A DNA stretch of 64,000 nt from the human T2T-CHM13v2.0 reference genome, Homo sapiens, in NCBI RefSeq assembly GCF_009914755.1, contig NC_060926.1; one strand, written 5' to 3'. Of this stretch, positions 13,787 to 31,060 are shown one piece after another (the stretch's first letter is position 1; each line of letters starts with the position of its first letter). The notes beneath the pieces are model-generated. The model had not been told where the DNA came from. It was given only the letters and a program-made list of their open reading frames with translations, and made no database searches. Made by a program: the position numbers and the translations under genes.

Positions 13787-15359
13787 ACTTCTGATACTTC
13801 AGTCCAAGAATTTGATGCTCAAATAATTTTCCTAGTTAGCAGCTCACTGGGAACTAGGCTGGAGGAAAACAGATGAAAGAGAAGCCCCCAGGAGGCAGAG
13901 AGCTGAGGGCAGGGGATCTCAAACAAAAGCCATGTGGTCAAACTTGGCCAGCTTTACAGTTCTGTCCAGTGTGAAGGAAGTATTCAAAGGATATACTGTT
14001 ATCGACTTCACATATGACTATCCTCTGCAGAGTTACAAGGACAGTACAATTCTAACCTTGACATTGACCCAGAAGATTATGGAGGCCAGGGAGACCCAAA
14101 GACAGGATTCCCTGGAGCCTCACTGACATAAATCTTATTATGCCAACCAAGCTGAGTTCCTTCAAAGCAAAGACCATTGATTTCTCATTCTTCTGCCATC
14201 CCTACAGCACCTTAAATAGATATAATAGTGTTCAATATTTACCAGTTGCTCAGTGTCCAATATTTACCATATTCCTCCAAATAAGAGCAGGTGTCCTGTA
14301 TTTCTAAGGGAGGGTAACTGGTGCATTAAAGGCAGCCAAATAATGTGAACTAGGTTGGCACCCATCTGGATCCCTTGGAGAGTTGAGGAGGAGAGATGGC
14401 TAAGAAACAACCAATATGCCAAACACTGTTCCAGGTCGTCTGTGACCATTATTTGTTTATTTCTCACAGCAATCTTATGAGCTAGGTACCATGATCCCCC
14501 TTTGTAGATAAGGAAACTGAGGCTTAGGAAACTTGTTATTTTGTAATTAGGCTATGAGGGTAGATACATCAACAAGGATTCAAGCCTTAAGTGGCTGTGT
14601 CACTTAAGAGATTGAAGACTTAACCTCAGTCTACCTTGCTACAAACACATACCTTCTCTATGCTGTTTCTTGCAGGTAATCCTGGGTGAAAAGGGAAGGA
14701 ATCTCAAGTTTAACATTGGGGTGCTGCACATAAATCGAAACCTGTGCTCCTGTGCCCTGATGTCGTATGTGTTTCTGGCAGATGGTGGCCAGGAGACAAA
14801 CTGTCTAGGAACCCCATGAACTTAACTTTTGACTCTGCCTCCCAAAACCAGCTTTATCCATGAACAGTAGATGGCAGTCCTTCCCCTGATGCCCACGCAC
14901 ACGTCTGTAGTTGTTCATGTTAGGCTCAATGTGCGGTTAATGTGCAGGTTGGTTCCCAGGCCTGCAAGGTTAAACCCAGCCATTGTCCCTGCAAGTGCAA
15001 TGCACTGAGTTGCATTCACATCCAAATTCCACCCCTCCCCAATGGGTGGCAAACAAACAGATTGGGTGAAGTTGACTGCGTCCGCAGCACAAGGAGTTCA
15101 GAGGACAGCAGGCCTAGGTCAGACCTCAACAGTTGGTTAGGAAGTGATTCAATCAGAGAGAAATTCAGAACCTTTGAGTGGTAAAAGCTACCCTTTCCTT
15201 TCCCTGGAGTGAATGAAGAGTATATTGCCTTCTTTGTTTCTGCAGACATCTTGTGGCTATCAGGGTAGCCAGCCCGTATACCACACCCACACACAGAGAA
15301 GGATAAAGCCCAGAGAAATGCAGAGAAATGGGATTGAAGCCCTAATCAAAGAATATCTA

Positions 15360-15686
<327 letters not shown>

Positions 15687-15952
15687 TCAAAGAACATCTA
15701 AAGCTCACCCGCTCTAAGCTTTACATTAGACAATAAATCCAAGTCATTTTTAAGCTAGTTCTATTGGCTTATTTTTTCCACTGGCAACCAAAAGCATCCT
15801 AGCTGATATACCCCAGCTTCCTATGCACTTACTTCTGGGTTTCATCTGAAGGATGGGTCATTTCTGGTGGGCAACACCTGAGGAAGAAGCATAGCTATCC
15901 TATGGAAAATTGAAGAGATGGGCCCTACTTGGAAATGTGAATGAGAAAGCTA

Positions 15953-16255
<303 letters not shown>

Positions 16256-19200
16256 CTATGTTGGCTGTTTTAGTTCCTTACACTTTCTATGTTAATTTTC
16301 ATTTGGTCCTCTTCAAATTTACTAAAGTCTTTAGGGTGCTTCCCTGACTCAGATATGCTGAGGCATAGAACATGAAGATATATGGTGAATTGCACAGCAT
16401 CCATTCCTATTTCTTTCTTCACAAACTGGAGAGGCTGGAAAACCAAAAACAACAGATTTCTTTGCACTTGGGGTTCTAGGTGTCAATTTCTTTCTGCCAG
16501 TTATGTGCACTGTCGTGAGACACAGAAGATGAAGTGGCAGAGGGGCATCTTCCCTCCTTCTGGCACTAGCAGGAGAGTGAGAGGCAGCTGGGTCGGAGGG
16601 TGCTCCCTGATTCCTGGATCACACCTTGGTGACATGTTCTGTGCTGATTCTGGTGCTGGCTGCCAGATCCTCCCCCCTCCTGATGTGCAGAAGCAGCAGC
16701 TCCTTGGTGGATCAGTTCTGTGATGGTGTTCTGGGAATTGATCCTGGAGTCCAGGGTAGTGCCAGCTCCTGTAGCCCTTCTCATGGTTTCACAAGTGCTT
16801 TGTGTCAAGTACTCTGCTTAAAATATATAAAATGTCTTATTTCTTGGGTAACTCAACTCTGCATGATAGAGGAAGTAAAGGTGAACATAATGTTTCTGCT
16901 GAAGACAGCATCAAAGGACAGAAGCATTCCTCAGAGCCTACAATGAATTCAGCAGGAGAGAATTAGTGTTGTGAGATCAGCTGGCAGATTTTCCTTCCTA
17001 GACAACATCCATGGAAGGTCTGGACTTTGTTTACTAAAATCAGCATCCCCTTACAGACAATAGTGACATGATTTTATGCACTTTACCATTTGTGTGGCAT
17101 TTCATCTGCATGTCCTCAGTCAATCATCATATTCTGTAACTCTGACAGAAGTTAAGACACAAGCCTGTTGTTACAATCCCCATTTTACCAATTAAGACAC
17201 CAGTCTTCAGAGAGTGTGATCCAAGGGAACCTGACAAATATCTCACCAGAGTCCAAAACGTCAGATCTTTCAGTGTCTACCAATTCCACCATTAGAGGCT
17301 CATTCCTCTGGCTTACGCACGGATCTCTACAGGTTCTTCTAAAACCAATTTTCTAGGTTCAAGGGCCATACATTGAGTTCCTAATAGGCCACTATAAATG
17401 AGTTTATGATCTTGTCCTTGATAAAAGGGATGTGGCATCATAGAAGCACTCAATGCCTACAGAGTAGGGGTGGGGTGAGTTTGAGAAGACTCTTGCTGAG
17501 AAATTTCTATGCCATATTTCTTGGACACTCTTCATAACTTTTCTAAGGGCAAATCCTGCTGTCATTCATCTCCCTTCTTCAGGATGGAGAATGTCATGGA
17601 TCTGCTGGAGGGACAGTTACGGCAGCTGGGGTAGAGGACTCAGGGGTGGATGTGAGAGTGTGAACTGGCACAGGAACCTGGCACCTTCCTTTGCCAGGAA
17701 GCTTGGCAGAATTAGGCCCCTAGAAAACCCTGTGTGGTCAAGGACTTGCCAGGGACCCTGGAGCTAGAAACAGCAAAATTACCAGACTAGGTAAAGAGGC
17801 AACGGCTGGGGAGGATCGACTTGTCAGCAGTTTGTTGGAAGATTTCCCCATCCTCAGACCAGGTGTCCTTGGGAGCAGCCTCGTCCATCTCCAGCAGGCC
17901 TCTCCTTTCTGGCAACCTGCAAAGCAGCAGTGCCTGTGGTCACTTCCTACTATCCTGGCTGACAAAGAGAACTCACGGGGGCCAGCCCACTGCCAACCGG
18001 TAGATGCTGCCTCAGGAAGATGTAACTGCAGACAACACTGCCTGAGTGAAGCCAGCTAAAACTTCATTTCCCCCTTTATTAACGTTTTCCAAAGAAGGCT
18101 CCTGACTCAGGGGTGGCTCACAGAGGAATTTGATAGGAAGATGTGACACCTCATCTTAAATTTCTTCACCACATTTCTGAAGTTGACGGGAGTGTCGGGA
18201 AGTGAGGCTGATAAAGTCTGCTGTCCCCTCCAAGTAGACTAATCAGACGTGAGGTCTTGGCAAGAGATAACCAGATTATAAGAGAGCCAAAATGACATCG
18301 CATCAACTCCATTTCAGATCCTGTACACACCAGTGCCTATCACCGCTCCAGGTGGCTGGCATCTTTGATGCACAAGAGGTATTTTCAGACCAGGATGTCT
18401 GTCCCCCATTACCCTATAGCTGTCACTCACCGGTATGCTGGGAACCTGTTTGTCACTATGTGTAAAGCCACACACATTAAGGGGTGGCCACTCTGTAGGT
18501 GAAGGCTGCTTTGTACTGCCCTCCCCCCTGCCCAGGCATTTGTGACAGAAAGACCTTGCCCTGGGCATCCAAGACAGAGACCAGGGGTTGTACCTTCCTG
18601 AGTCCACACACCCAGATAGTAGGACGGGCTTTCTCTCTGAAGAGTTATTCACATCAATAATGAATTTTGAATAATTTATTCACGTCAGGAGTAAGTGGTT
18701 GGCATACAATCCTTGCCACTGGTTTGTGGAGATAATTGATTTCATGTAGTTTAAAGATGGGGAAAAGAAACAAATGACAACTGGAACAGGTTTGGAGGCA
18801 ATTGTGAATGCCATATCAGTTTAATTATAGCTCCATCTTTAGCTGACATGGGTTCTTTCCTCTTCAAATTAAAATATCCAAGCAACTTGAAATGTAACAG
18901 TGATGAATTTTTCATGTTCTGCTCCCTACCTTGCATCCTGGCTCAGGGCACTGTTACAAGCACACTTCGAGCTTTTTTCAATAGATAGTTAACGTGACAT
19001 GGAAGAGTCGTCTGCGTGACATAGATAACTCAGGGGAACAGCACAAAGTAAATGAGATGCATTAGTGTCTGGATGGGAACTGAAGATAGAAGTTCTCAGA
19101 ACTTCTTGTTTAATTTATAGAAACGGATTTTCCTCCTGTGCTTAAGATTTCAAAATAGTAATCATATTCTGAAGAGGAGATGTTCCCACTCCAGGTACGA

Positions 19201-19947
19201 ATATCAATATGTAAAAGAAAATCATTAACTGGATGTACCTCTCAGCAGCACCTATTATATGTCAACAAGCTAACTGAGGTGATAAAACAAACTGTTAGTG
19301 GAAATTTAATTACTAGCCATTGAGATTTGGGCAAGGAATGGGGATTCTAGATTCATTACTCTGGCACCAGAGGCTGCTGGAAGCAACCATCTGCCCGGAA
19401 CAAACATTTTTAATAGGTGTTTTCCTTCCCTCTCAAAAATCAGAGCACCAAAGGCCAATCAGGAACTTTTCAAATTCGGTTCCTTGGGGAAGGCAAGGGC
19501 AATGTGGAAATGGAGGCTTATGTAAAAAATAAAAGAAAATGAAACTGCTTCCAACCACAAATCTTGTCAACTCTGGGGATGCTTGGGGGCCTTTGAGTTC
19601 ATTTTGTAAGTGATTTCTGCACATTTAATTATGTCAGATTCCTGGCCGATAGCCACTTTTCAAGCTGGCGTGATTTATGATTTATAGTGTGATATAAAAT
19701 GGGGTCCTGCCCTCTGTGAAGCTAGCTGAGCCTGTTTCCCTTCTCCGGAGGCCCCATCTGTGCAAGCCTAGCCACCACCAGTCCTGCCCCTACCCCAGTG
19801 AAGCGCTTAAGAGTACCTTCTCTGCAGTAACTTTGTACTCTCCGCCACCCCCACAATCTTCATCCCCAAAGGAAATGAGGGTGGGCACAAAGTCTGACAA
19901 GTAGCAGGTGTCCAATAAAAGGCTGAGTGTGTGATGGATGTCAGTAG

Positions 19948-20366
19948 TGTTACCAATTGAGGGTAGCTGTGCAGATTCTTGGCGTTTTAAACAAAGAATT
20001 GGACAAAAGACACAAAACAAAACAAGACAGTGAAAGCAGACATTTATTTTAAAGGAAAGTGCACTCCACAGGGTGGGAGCAGGCTGGAGCAAGCCACTCA
20101 AGAGCCTTGGTTACAGAATTTTCTGGGATTTAAATACCTTCTAGAGGTTTCCCATTGGCCCACGACCAGTTTTATTGGTTGTGGGAGGGGACCAATCAGA
20201 GGTACTTTCATTTTTCAACTACCACACAGAAAAAGGAGGGGTTGCAACTGCCAGCAGCAACAGCCCTGCAGAAAAAGAAGGTGCTGAAAAGTGGAGAGCC
20301 TCTGATATCTAGTCAGCATGAATCAGCCTTAGGTTCCCTTCCTCCAGACCTTTTTCTCCTTCCTCA
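19948..20366 (-). mobile_element. ERV1 solo LTR, MER4 group (MER51/MER83-like)
   Basis: TG...CA ends; 4-bp TSD gtag (19944-47, 20367-70); reverse complement begins tgaggaaggagaaaaaggtctggaggaagggaacctaaggc. Confidence 0.85.
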
Positions 20367-20807
20367 GTAGGGCTCAGCTGTCACCTGGAGCTGCCTTGCT
20401 CCAAGGTCTAAGATAATCATGGCATCAAACCACACCAGTTCCACCAACTCCAAAGCCCTCTTACAAGATATCTGCAAATTCGTGGGGAGCTTATCATCTC
20501 AAGGAGCCTTCAGCCTCTAGAGATTTGCTAGTATCCCACACTATTTCAACCCTGGAATGAAACTCACCTGTCCAGTTTTCCAAAGGAAAAAAGTTATTCG
20601 TATCAGGTATTTTTGAATTAATGAACTTCCGTGAAATTAGGAGGGTCCTTAAACTGTACACTTCTATGGCGGGACCACAGGCCCCATCCTCTACTGTTTT
20701 GTCTCTTCACTCCCTTAGCTCCTTCCTGTTCTCTTTCCTGAAATGCCTGGAAGCTCATCCCTCCTTCCATTATGCAGAAGAACTGAACCAATGTGGGTGG
20801 GCAATAA

Positions 20808-20910
20808 TAGGGTGACCAACCTTCCTTATTTGGCTGGGACTGAGAAGTTTCCTGCGGCATAGGATTTTCCATGCTAAAACTGGGACAACAAACTGGATTG
20901 GGGTCACCTG
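20808..20910. mobile_element. hAT-Blackjack MITE (MER81/MER94-like)
   Basis: tagggtgacc...ggtcacctg terminal inverted repeats. Confidence 0.7.
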
Positions 20911-21023
20911 AGAGGTGACTATCCCAGCACAGATAGTGCAAGTTATCAAAGAGATGATGTTGTCTCCCCCATGTAATATCAGCGTCTTCCTCCCTTGCTC
21001 ACCTGGGAGAGTCCTTTAGAAAT

Positions 21024-21200
21024 CATTGCTCTCAACCTTAGATGTACCTTAGAATCATCTGTGAAGATTTAAATCATCTCAGTGTCCGGTACTCATCCTG
21101 GAACAATTGAATCAGGCTCTGTGGAGGCAGGAACTAAGCAGCAGTGCTTTATAAATTTCTCAAGGTGATTCCAATGTGTTCCCGGGGTTGAGGACCAATG
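21024..21200. mobile_element. MER5-family MITE
   Basis: ctcaacc...ggttgaggaccaatg termini; tagaatca and ggtgattc motifs. Confidence 0.75.
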
Positions 21201-21319
21201 CATTGGAGAAGGGATTTCAAGGAGCTCTTAAGGTTGGGCTCCTTTTGGGCGTGTCTGTTCAGCAGCCTGAGCTATCTTGGGTGCTTCAAAAGAAGTCTGT
21301 GTTTTGGTAAAATGAATGA

Positions 21320-21637
<318 letters not shown>

Positions 21638-22623
21638 AAAAATGTGCTGTGTTTCTAACTGAATCTACTGACTGCATTTTTAAGGCCTCATTAAGATAAC
21701 TAGACTCGTTTTATCGCTCCCTTTTCCCCTCCTTAAAGAAAAAAAAAAAAGTCTTTGGCTTCTAACTTTCTTGGCAGGTGGCTAGAACTGATTGACATCT
21801 TAGGCAATCCAAATGCAAATGACATGAAACCCTGAGGCCCTGCCACAGGGGACCTTTTGTAAGGGGAGGTAGGTGATGGCCGCCCTAAAAATAATTACCT
21901 AGCTACCTGGATGACCTTGACAAGCCCAGGTAGCTCTCAAACCAAGGCCAAAGTCTTGTCAGTCTCTTCCTGTGCAGAACTTCTGAGGTCTGGGGTCTGT
22001 AAATTCTCTTTAGGAAATCCTACTCAGATCCTAAGACTGGAAATCCCTGACTAAGACTTTTTAAGCAGAGAGAAATGTCTACTTTTGTGTCTGTTTCTGA
22101 AAATTTGATTGATGCTTCTGCTGCTGCTGTGGATATAGGTACCAAGAGACTTTCCCAGTTAAATCAAATGAGTCTGGGTAGAGACTGTAAGTCTGTTAAA
22201 TTCTCTGTGCCTCAGTTTTCTCACCTGATATATGTTAGGATGCTAGTAATGAATGTGCCCACTTGGAAGCAGAGTTTGAGGAGAAGGGTTGTGATGGAGA
22301 TAAGGCTGTCTTTCACATGTGAATTCCACAAACATGCATTGCAACTTTAGTATGTAAATAAACATGAGTAAGAAATTGTCCCTGCCTTCAAGAGTCTTAC
22401 AATCTAGTAAATGTCTAGTAAGAGCTATAAAAGTACTCGGCACAGTGGAATGTGCCATATTAAGTTGAGATAGTGGTGTCCTTGAAAGGAGACCTTAGGA
22501 AGCTGATGTAGCAACTAGAACAATTGAGTTTAATCCAGGTGAATAGATTAGATTGGCTTACCCTTTTGCTATCTTGGTAGTATCGTTTAAAATAGGAAAT
22601 ATTTAATATTCACTAAGTGCCTA

Positions 22624-23011
<388 letters not shown>

Positions 23012-23485
23012 AAAAGTGTCTGTAACAGTGACTGACAACCATTGTGTCAATTTCATAGATGGGCACACTGAACCAGGAGTAAAGAAAAGGTGGTAGCCTG
23101 GGAAAAGAGCTCCAGAAATAAGTTCTAGCTTTTCAGGCCAATATCTCCGTGCTTCACAAGAAAACATCTTCCTTAGCTCCTTTTTTTCAATCCCCAGAGA
23201 CCAGAAAGACCCATAGCACTATTAACTTGCTGTCGTTTTACATTTGCACCTCGCTCTTCCTTCATTTTTCTGCCTCTTCTTGACATTCAAGCAATTTCTT
23301 GATATTCAGGTCTTAGCTTAGCTCAGATATCACCTGCTCACCTGTTTCCAGGCTCAAGTAGCCTTCCTGGTTTCTCTCTATCAAATCATTCTGTTTTATT
23401 GTTTCCAGAGCACACACTATTGTCTGAAGTTATCTTGTCCATTTACTTGTGTATTGTCTTCTTCTCCTAAGAAAATGGAACCTCA

Positions 23486-23885
<400 letters not shown>

Positions 23886-24692
23886 TCACTGCTGTATCCA
23901 CAAATGGCTGGTACATAGTAGATGCCCATTAAAAATTTGTTAAATTATTTAGTATGTTCATACTCTCTGAGATGCCGATGACAGGAAGGTCAGCGAAAAG
24001 AGAAGGGAAGTGTTTGTCCCAGCCACTACAGCGAGGAAGTCTGCAGCCAGTCTGTGCCTCAGCTTTCTTGCCTGTAAAATCGGACCCAGCAGAGGATCTG
24101 AGAAAAGAGGTTCTGAGGACCAAATGAGAAAATGGTGGTGAAAGTACTTTGACAAGTGAAAATGCAAGTTAAGTGGGAGATGTTATTATCTTCCGCTATC
24201 TGCTTTACTTTAATCTTTTTTCCTCTGTAAGCGGACCTATTGATTGTAGCTTGCTGAAGGAAGCTCTCACTGTCTAATTACTGCCCCAGCTCAGCCTGTC
24301 ACTGTGTCCTCTGCAGTCAGCACGTCCTGACACTGACCCCTGATGCCTCAGCCCTTTGCAGAGCAGCCAGCCCTGGCACTTTGCACCCAGCACAGAGGGG
24401 CAGATCTCCTCGGCGCCGTGGGAGGGCTGCTCTCCTCTCCAGGGAGCTGAAACCCCAGAAAGGCGGACAGCCCAGCTAAGGAGATGCAAGGACACAGGTG
24501 CTGCTGCAGCCAGAGACGGCAGGAATGCGATTCTTCCCTGGAGCCAGAGCCTGCGGCCAGACAGGGATGTGTCCTGTGATGACACACGGTTTTGAGCATT
24601 CTCAGACCGTGGCTTCCAAGATAATAATCCCTGCACATTTTTTTCTGGCCTGGGATATCATGAGTGGGGGAGAGGTTGAGAATAAGTCATTT

Positions 24693-25016
<324 letters not shown>

Positions 25017-25661
25017 TAATACTGGGCAATAATAATTCCCTGCCCTCAAATTGTAGAAAGTTTCCAAATTTCCACGGTATTCTCATCTGCATTACCTCAC
25101 CTGACCCTCACAATACTCCTGTGATTAATATTCCCGCTTTGTAGGAATGGGATGTGTGGTCTTTGGAGCTGAGGGGTGTGACTTTCCCAAGTTCAAATAT
25201 CCAAGTGGAGAGGGGAATTAGAATGCAGGTTTCCTCTCAGTCTACACTGTTTAAAAATGCTAAAGGAACTAAGGCTTTTTTAACCAGCGAGGGAAATGAG
25301 GATGTGCTAGAAAATATATGTTAGTTTTATGTCAGTCCTTTAGAAGAAAGAAAAAGGCTGTATAAGCAAACAGCACAAGATTTATTTTTATAAGTTTAAA
25401 TAAACCATAATTTTGTATTGAATTCAACACCTCTGGAAACAATTGAACCAAGTAACCCCAGGCTAGGGAAGTGCTATGTAGAACATGCTTGGCAAATCCT
25501 TGTTGAGAGAATGACTGAATATTGACCTGAATTATAAATCTCCTTTGCTGGCTTTTTTCACTCATCTTAATGAAGAAGAAAATATATTTTAACGTGATAC
25601 AGTTTCACAAAACGCTCTAATATTGGTATACTGCTATACTTTTTAGTTTAAGAGATCTTTC

Positions 25662-25920
25662 CTTTGGGAGGCTGAGGTGGGCAGATCATGAGGTCAGGAG
25701 TTCAAGACCAGACTGACCAACGTGGTGAAACCCCATCTCTACTAAAAATACAAAAATTAGCCAGACGTGGTGGCGGGCACTTGTAATCCCAGCTACTCAG
25801 GAGGCTGAGTCAGGAGAATCGCTCGAACCTGGGAGTCGGAGGTTGTAGTGAGCCAAGATCACGCCACTGCACTCCAGCCTGGGAGACAGAGAAAGACTCC
25901 GTCTCAAAAAAAAAAAAAAA
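25662..25920 (+). mobile_element. 5'-truncated AluS (Sg-like)
   Basis: gatcatgaggtc; poly-A tail. Confidence 0.92.
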
Positions 25921-26210
25921 ATCTTTCATGTGGAGCATCTCAGTTGATCCTCAAATGACCCTCCAAAATAGACAATTTTATAGGTGAGAAGACTGACGTT
26001 TGGAGAGATCAATTGTTTGCCCAGGGTCCGAAACATAGTAGGCAAAAGAACATTTTTAAATGTGCTAATAAATTGGAAAGAAACTAAGAAATACTCAGAA
26101 TCCAGAAACCAGAGGAAAGTGAAAATCCACAGAAATAAGTGGAGCACTAAAGTTTGCTTTGGTCTTGAGGATATTTGCCAAATCAGGTAAACTTTAGTTT
26201 TTAGTTTTCA

Positions 26211-26964
<754 letters not shown>

Positions 26965-28216
26965 TCAGTGTAAAGATGGAGGAGAAATAAACCAGACTGT
27001 ACTCTCACAACAGGGACTATAAAAAAAATCATGCCTCTCTGACTTTGACCCTAAATAGAGGAAGATAATTATTCTGAGAATTTATAACCATAAACCAGGC
27101 CTTCCTTGGGTTTGTGCTCATTTCATACTCCCTGGGTCTAAGAGGCCTCAAATTAAGAATTTGAGAAAGAATCTCTAAGTTAATAGTAGCCCCAGGCATC
27201 TAGGGGATAATGTGCTATCTCTCTGAAGGAACTTTAATCCAAACCTCAAAGAGTTCCCGCAGATAAAATTTCAAAGATATAACTCATAGTCAAATATCCT
27301 AAAGGACTCAAGGAAGCAAAGCACCATGAGCAAGAGCCAGCAGACAGCAGAATTGGATCCACAATAATGTTAGATATTGAAAGTATCAGGTATAAATATA
27401 AAATAATATGTTTAAAATAAATTTAAAGAAATAAAAGGATTAAAACTATGACTAAGAAAAGTCTATTGAGCTGGGCACGGTAGCTCATGCCTGTAATCCC
27501 AGCTGTTAGGGAGGCAGAGGTGGGAGGATAGCTTGAGCCCAGGAGATTGGAAAATGATTCAAATGGAGCTTTCATTATTAAAAAATATATAATCATTGAA
27601 ATTAAAAATTCAATACATGGCTTCAACAGGAGATTGGACATAACTGAAAGGAGAATGAACTAGAATATAGATCTGAAAAAGAAAATCCAGAATGCAGCTC
27701 TCAGAAAGACAAAGAGAGGGAAAATGTGAAAGAAATGTTAAGAAGCATGTAGGATAGAGTGAACATATCTTACATGCATCTCAAGAAGATTACAGGGGAG
27801 AGGAGAGGAAGAATAGGGCAGAGGTAATGTTTTAAAAATAAGAATTTTTCACAGATTCTGAAAGCCTCCAGAATGCCAAGAGGGATAAATGAAAGATAAA
27901 ATTAGATGGCAGAGTAGGCCCTACAAGTTAGTATGACTTACAGAGATATTTGGGTTCTGACCTTGTTCTAGTCTTACATCACAAGTTTAAGACCAAACCG
28001 AGAGTGATGAATAAGAATTGTGTTCATGCACAAGAAGACTATATTATACTGTACTGAACTTTGTGGTCATGTTACATATTGTATAGCACCAAAATTGTAC
28101 ACAAAATTGGTCTTAGAAGGGGAAGGTGTTTTTCTAGAAAGTCTGATATGACCTTTGCTCACTTAGAAATTGTCATCTACAACAGTGTACTCCTTTGTGA
28201 AAATTTGGTTCCAGAA

Positions 28217-28591
28217 TGTATTAGTCCATTCTCACACTGCTATAAAGAACTACCTGAGACTGCATAATTTATGAAGAAAAGAGGTTTAATTGATGCACAG
28301 TTCCACAGGTTTAACAGGAAGCATGACTGGGAGGCCTCAGGAAACTTACAATCGTGGTGGAAGGGCAAAGGGGAAGGAAGCAGTGTCTTCACATGGTGGC
28401 AGGAGGGGAAGGGGAAGTGCCACACACTTTTAAACCATCAGATCTTGTGAGAACTCACTCCCTATCATGAGAACAGCATGGGGGAAATCTGCCCACATGA
28501 TCCAATCACCTCCTACCAGGTCCCTCCCGCAACACAGGGAATTACAATTCAACGTGAGATTTGGGCGGGGACACAGAGCCCAGCCACCTCA
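28217..28591 (-). mobile_element. MST-type (MSTB-like) MaLR solo LTR
   Basis: tgtattagtccattctcac...gggacacagagcccagccacctca; 5-bp TSD cagaa. Confidence 0.88.
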
Positions 28592-28830
28592 CAGAAGCTT
28601 ACACCTCTGTCTTTCTCTGCTGTGTACTCACTATGCTGACTCCTATCTGTGTCATATAGATAAGCAAACCTCATCTGAATTATCTGTGTGATGTACGTGT
28701 CTGGTTTTTCTACCAATTTGAACCTACTGCTGATGTTTTCAATTCAGGGGCCATGCACATGCCCATACACATCACAGTGCAATTGCAGAACACAAAAGAC
28801 AAAGAGAAAATCTCAAAGACAGCCAGAGAA

Positions 28831-29123
28831 GGCTTGGTGCAGTGGCTAATGCCTGTAATCCTAGCACTTTGGGAGGCCAAAGAGGGCAGATCACCTCGGG
28901 TCAAGAGTTTGAGAACAGCCTGGCCAAAATGGTGAAACCCTATCTCTACTAAAAATACAAAAATTAGCTGGCCGTGGTAGTGCACACCTGTAATTCCAGC
29001 TACTTGGTAGGCTGAGACAGGAGAACTGCTTGAACCCAGGAGGCGGAGGTTGCAGTGAGCTGAGATTGCATCACTGTACTCCAGTGTGGGCAACAAAGCA
29101 AGACTCTGTCTCAAAAAAAAAAA
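28831..29123 (+). mobile_element. AluS inserted in the L1 ORF1 relic
   Basis: Full dimer, flanked by degenerate cagccRgaga duplication. Confidence 0.93.
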
Positions 29124-30289
29124 AGCAGCCGGAGAGAAAAAAGTATTATTTTCAAAGGAATGATAATTAGAGTAGTGACTGCCTTCCCAGCAGCAACAAT
29201 GGAAGCCAGAAGATAATGGAAAAAATAGTATCTTCAGTGTGCTGAAAGAAAACGCCTGGCAACCTGAAAGTCTATACTTAGAAAAAGTATATTTCAGTGC
29301 ATTTCCAGACAAACAAATTTTTATTTCAACAGACTCTCACTAAGGAAAATTAGAAAATCCTGAAAGATAAACTTCTACATCTCAAAAATTGTGGGACACA
29401 GCCAAGGCAGTTCTTAGGAGGAAAATTCTAACCTGACATGATCATATTAGAAATGAGCTAAGCTTCTGACTCAAGGAGGTGGGCAAAGCCAGGGATCTGA
29501 CCTCAGCCTGAGTCCTTGCCACAATCTGAGGTAATTATGTCTGAGAGTGAATTGCATCTAAGAGCACTTAGAGGGGTTGGAGCATAAGTAGCGATGAACT
29601 GATGGAAGCCCACACAGTAAGAGATGACACTGTATTTTCATGTTCCCAAAGATTTTGGTTCTGGGAATTGGAGTGGCAAGGATGGACATAAGGAGAACCT
29701 GAACTTGAAAAATGGGGGCAGAAGTAGAGCCCTCTTGCTCTTCCCTCAGGGTGAGGGGCTCTTATATTCTTCCTGTGTCCTGGCCTCTCTGAGCCCAGGT
29801 ATCCTGCTCTGCAGGAGCCAGCAGAGGCCCATGAGAGTGGAGGCAGAATGATTCAGAACACTCACTAAATGCAGAGTACAAATATAAATGAGGCACTGTC
29901 CTTAAAGGGTGAGATTCCCTTTTTGAGGTAAGGATTGCACGTAAGGAAACCAAACATCTCTTCACTACACTCAGGAAAACATCTGTCTCTGGTCCTTTCT
30001 AAAGAAGGATGTGACTTCACTGTCTGCCTTTGGAGGGAATCCACAAGTGGGTGGGAATCATCCTGACGTGATTCACAGCGTCTGGTGGCCAGAGTTGGTG
30101 GAGGCTATTTGTTTAACACCCGTTCCCCTGGGCACCTAAGTCTTGTGTCTGACACTGATTGGCTATGTGATCTTGAAACAAATTGCAACACTTCCCTGGG
30201 ACTCCCAGTCTCAATCTGGCTGATGTTGTAACTGTAATTGAGCTAGAAATGTGCTTTGCTGGGAAGGTTTATGAAATACAGGATTCTGT

Positions 30290-30629
<340 letters not shown>

Positions 30630-30919
30630 TCACCAAAGCCTAGCCTCCTTTGGGAGTCTGGCAGAAAGCCCCAGCTCTCTCCTGGCATCCCGCAAACACT
30701 CCTTCCTGTCAGACCCAATGGTCTGATCCAACAATTTGAAAAAGGAGTGAAGTTAGGAAAATGTAATTCTTTGTGCCCTGAAAGAATTCACATCCCTCTG
30801 AATCTCTCATTTGCAGTTGTTTTGCTTATTTGTTTTGTTGTTGTTTATTTTTATCCCCTTTCTCCATAAAAATAAAGCGTTTGGATCAGAGGAATAATTC
30901 TTAAATTCCACTTCATTTA

Positions 30920-31060
30920 CAATCACCTGAGAGACATTCAAATGCGCTGTCGCCTGGGCCCATTCCAGGCTGGTGGAATCAGAATCTCTGGGTGAGGGGC
31001 CCTGGCTCTGGTATTTTTTATAAGCTCCCCAGTGGCTTCTGATGCATGGCGAGGGCTCAA
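30920..31060. mobile_element. MER5 fragment
   Basis: aatcacctg...gaatcagaatctctggg...ttctgatgca. Confidence 0.65.

Noticed and set aside
28710-29312. 200-aa ORF and similar LECSG...-type ORFs elsewhere
   Set aside because: Antisense Alu translations.
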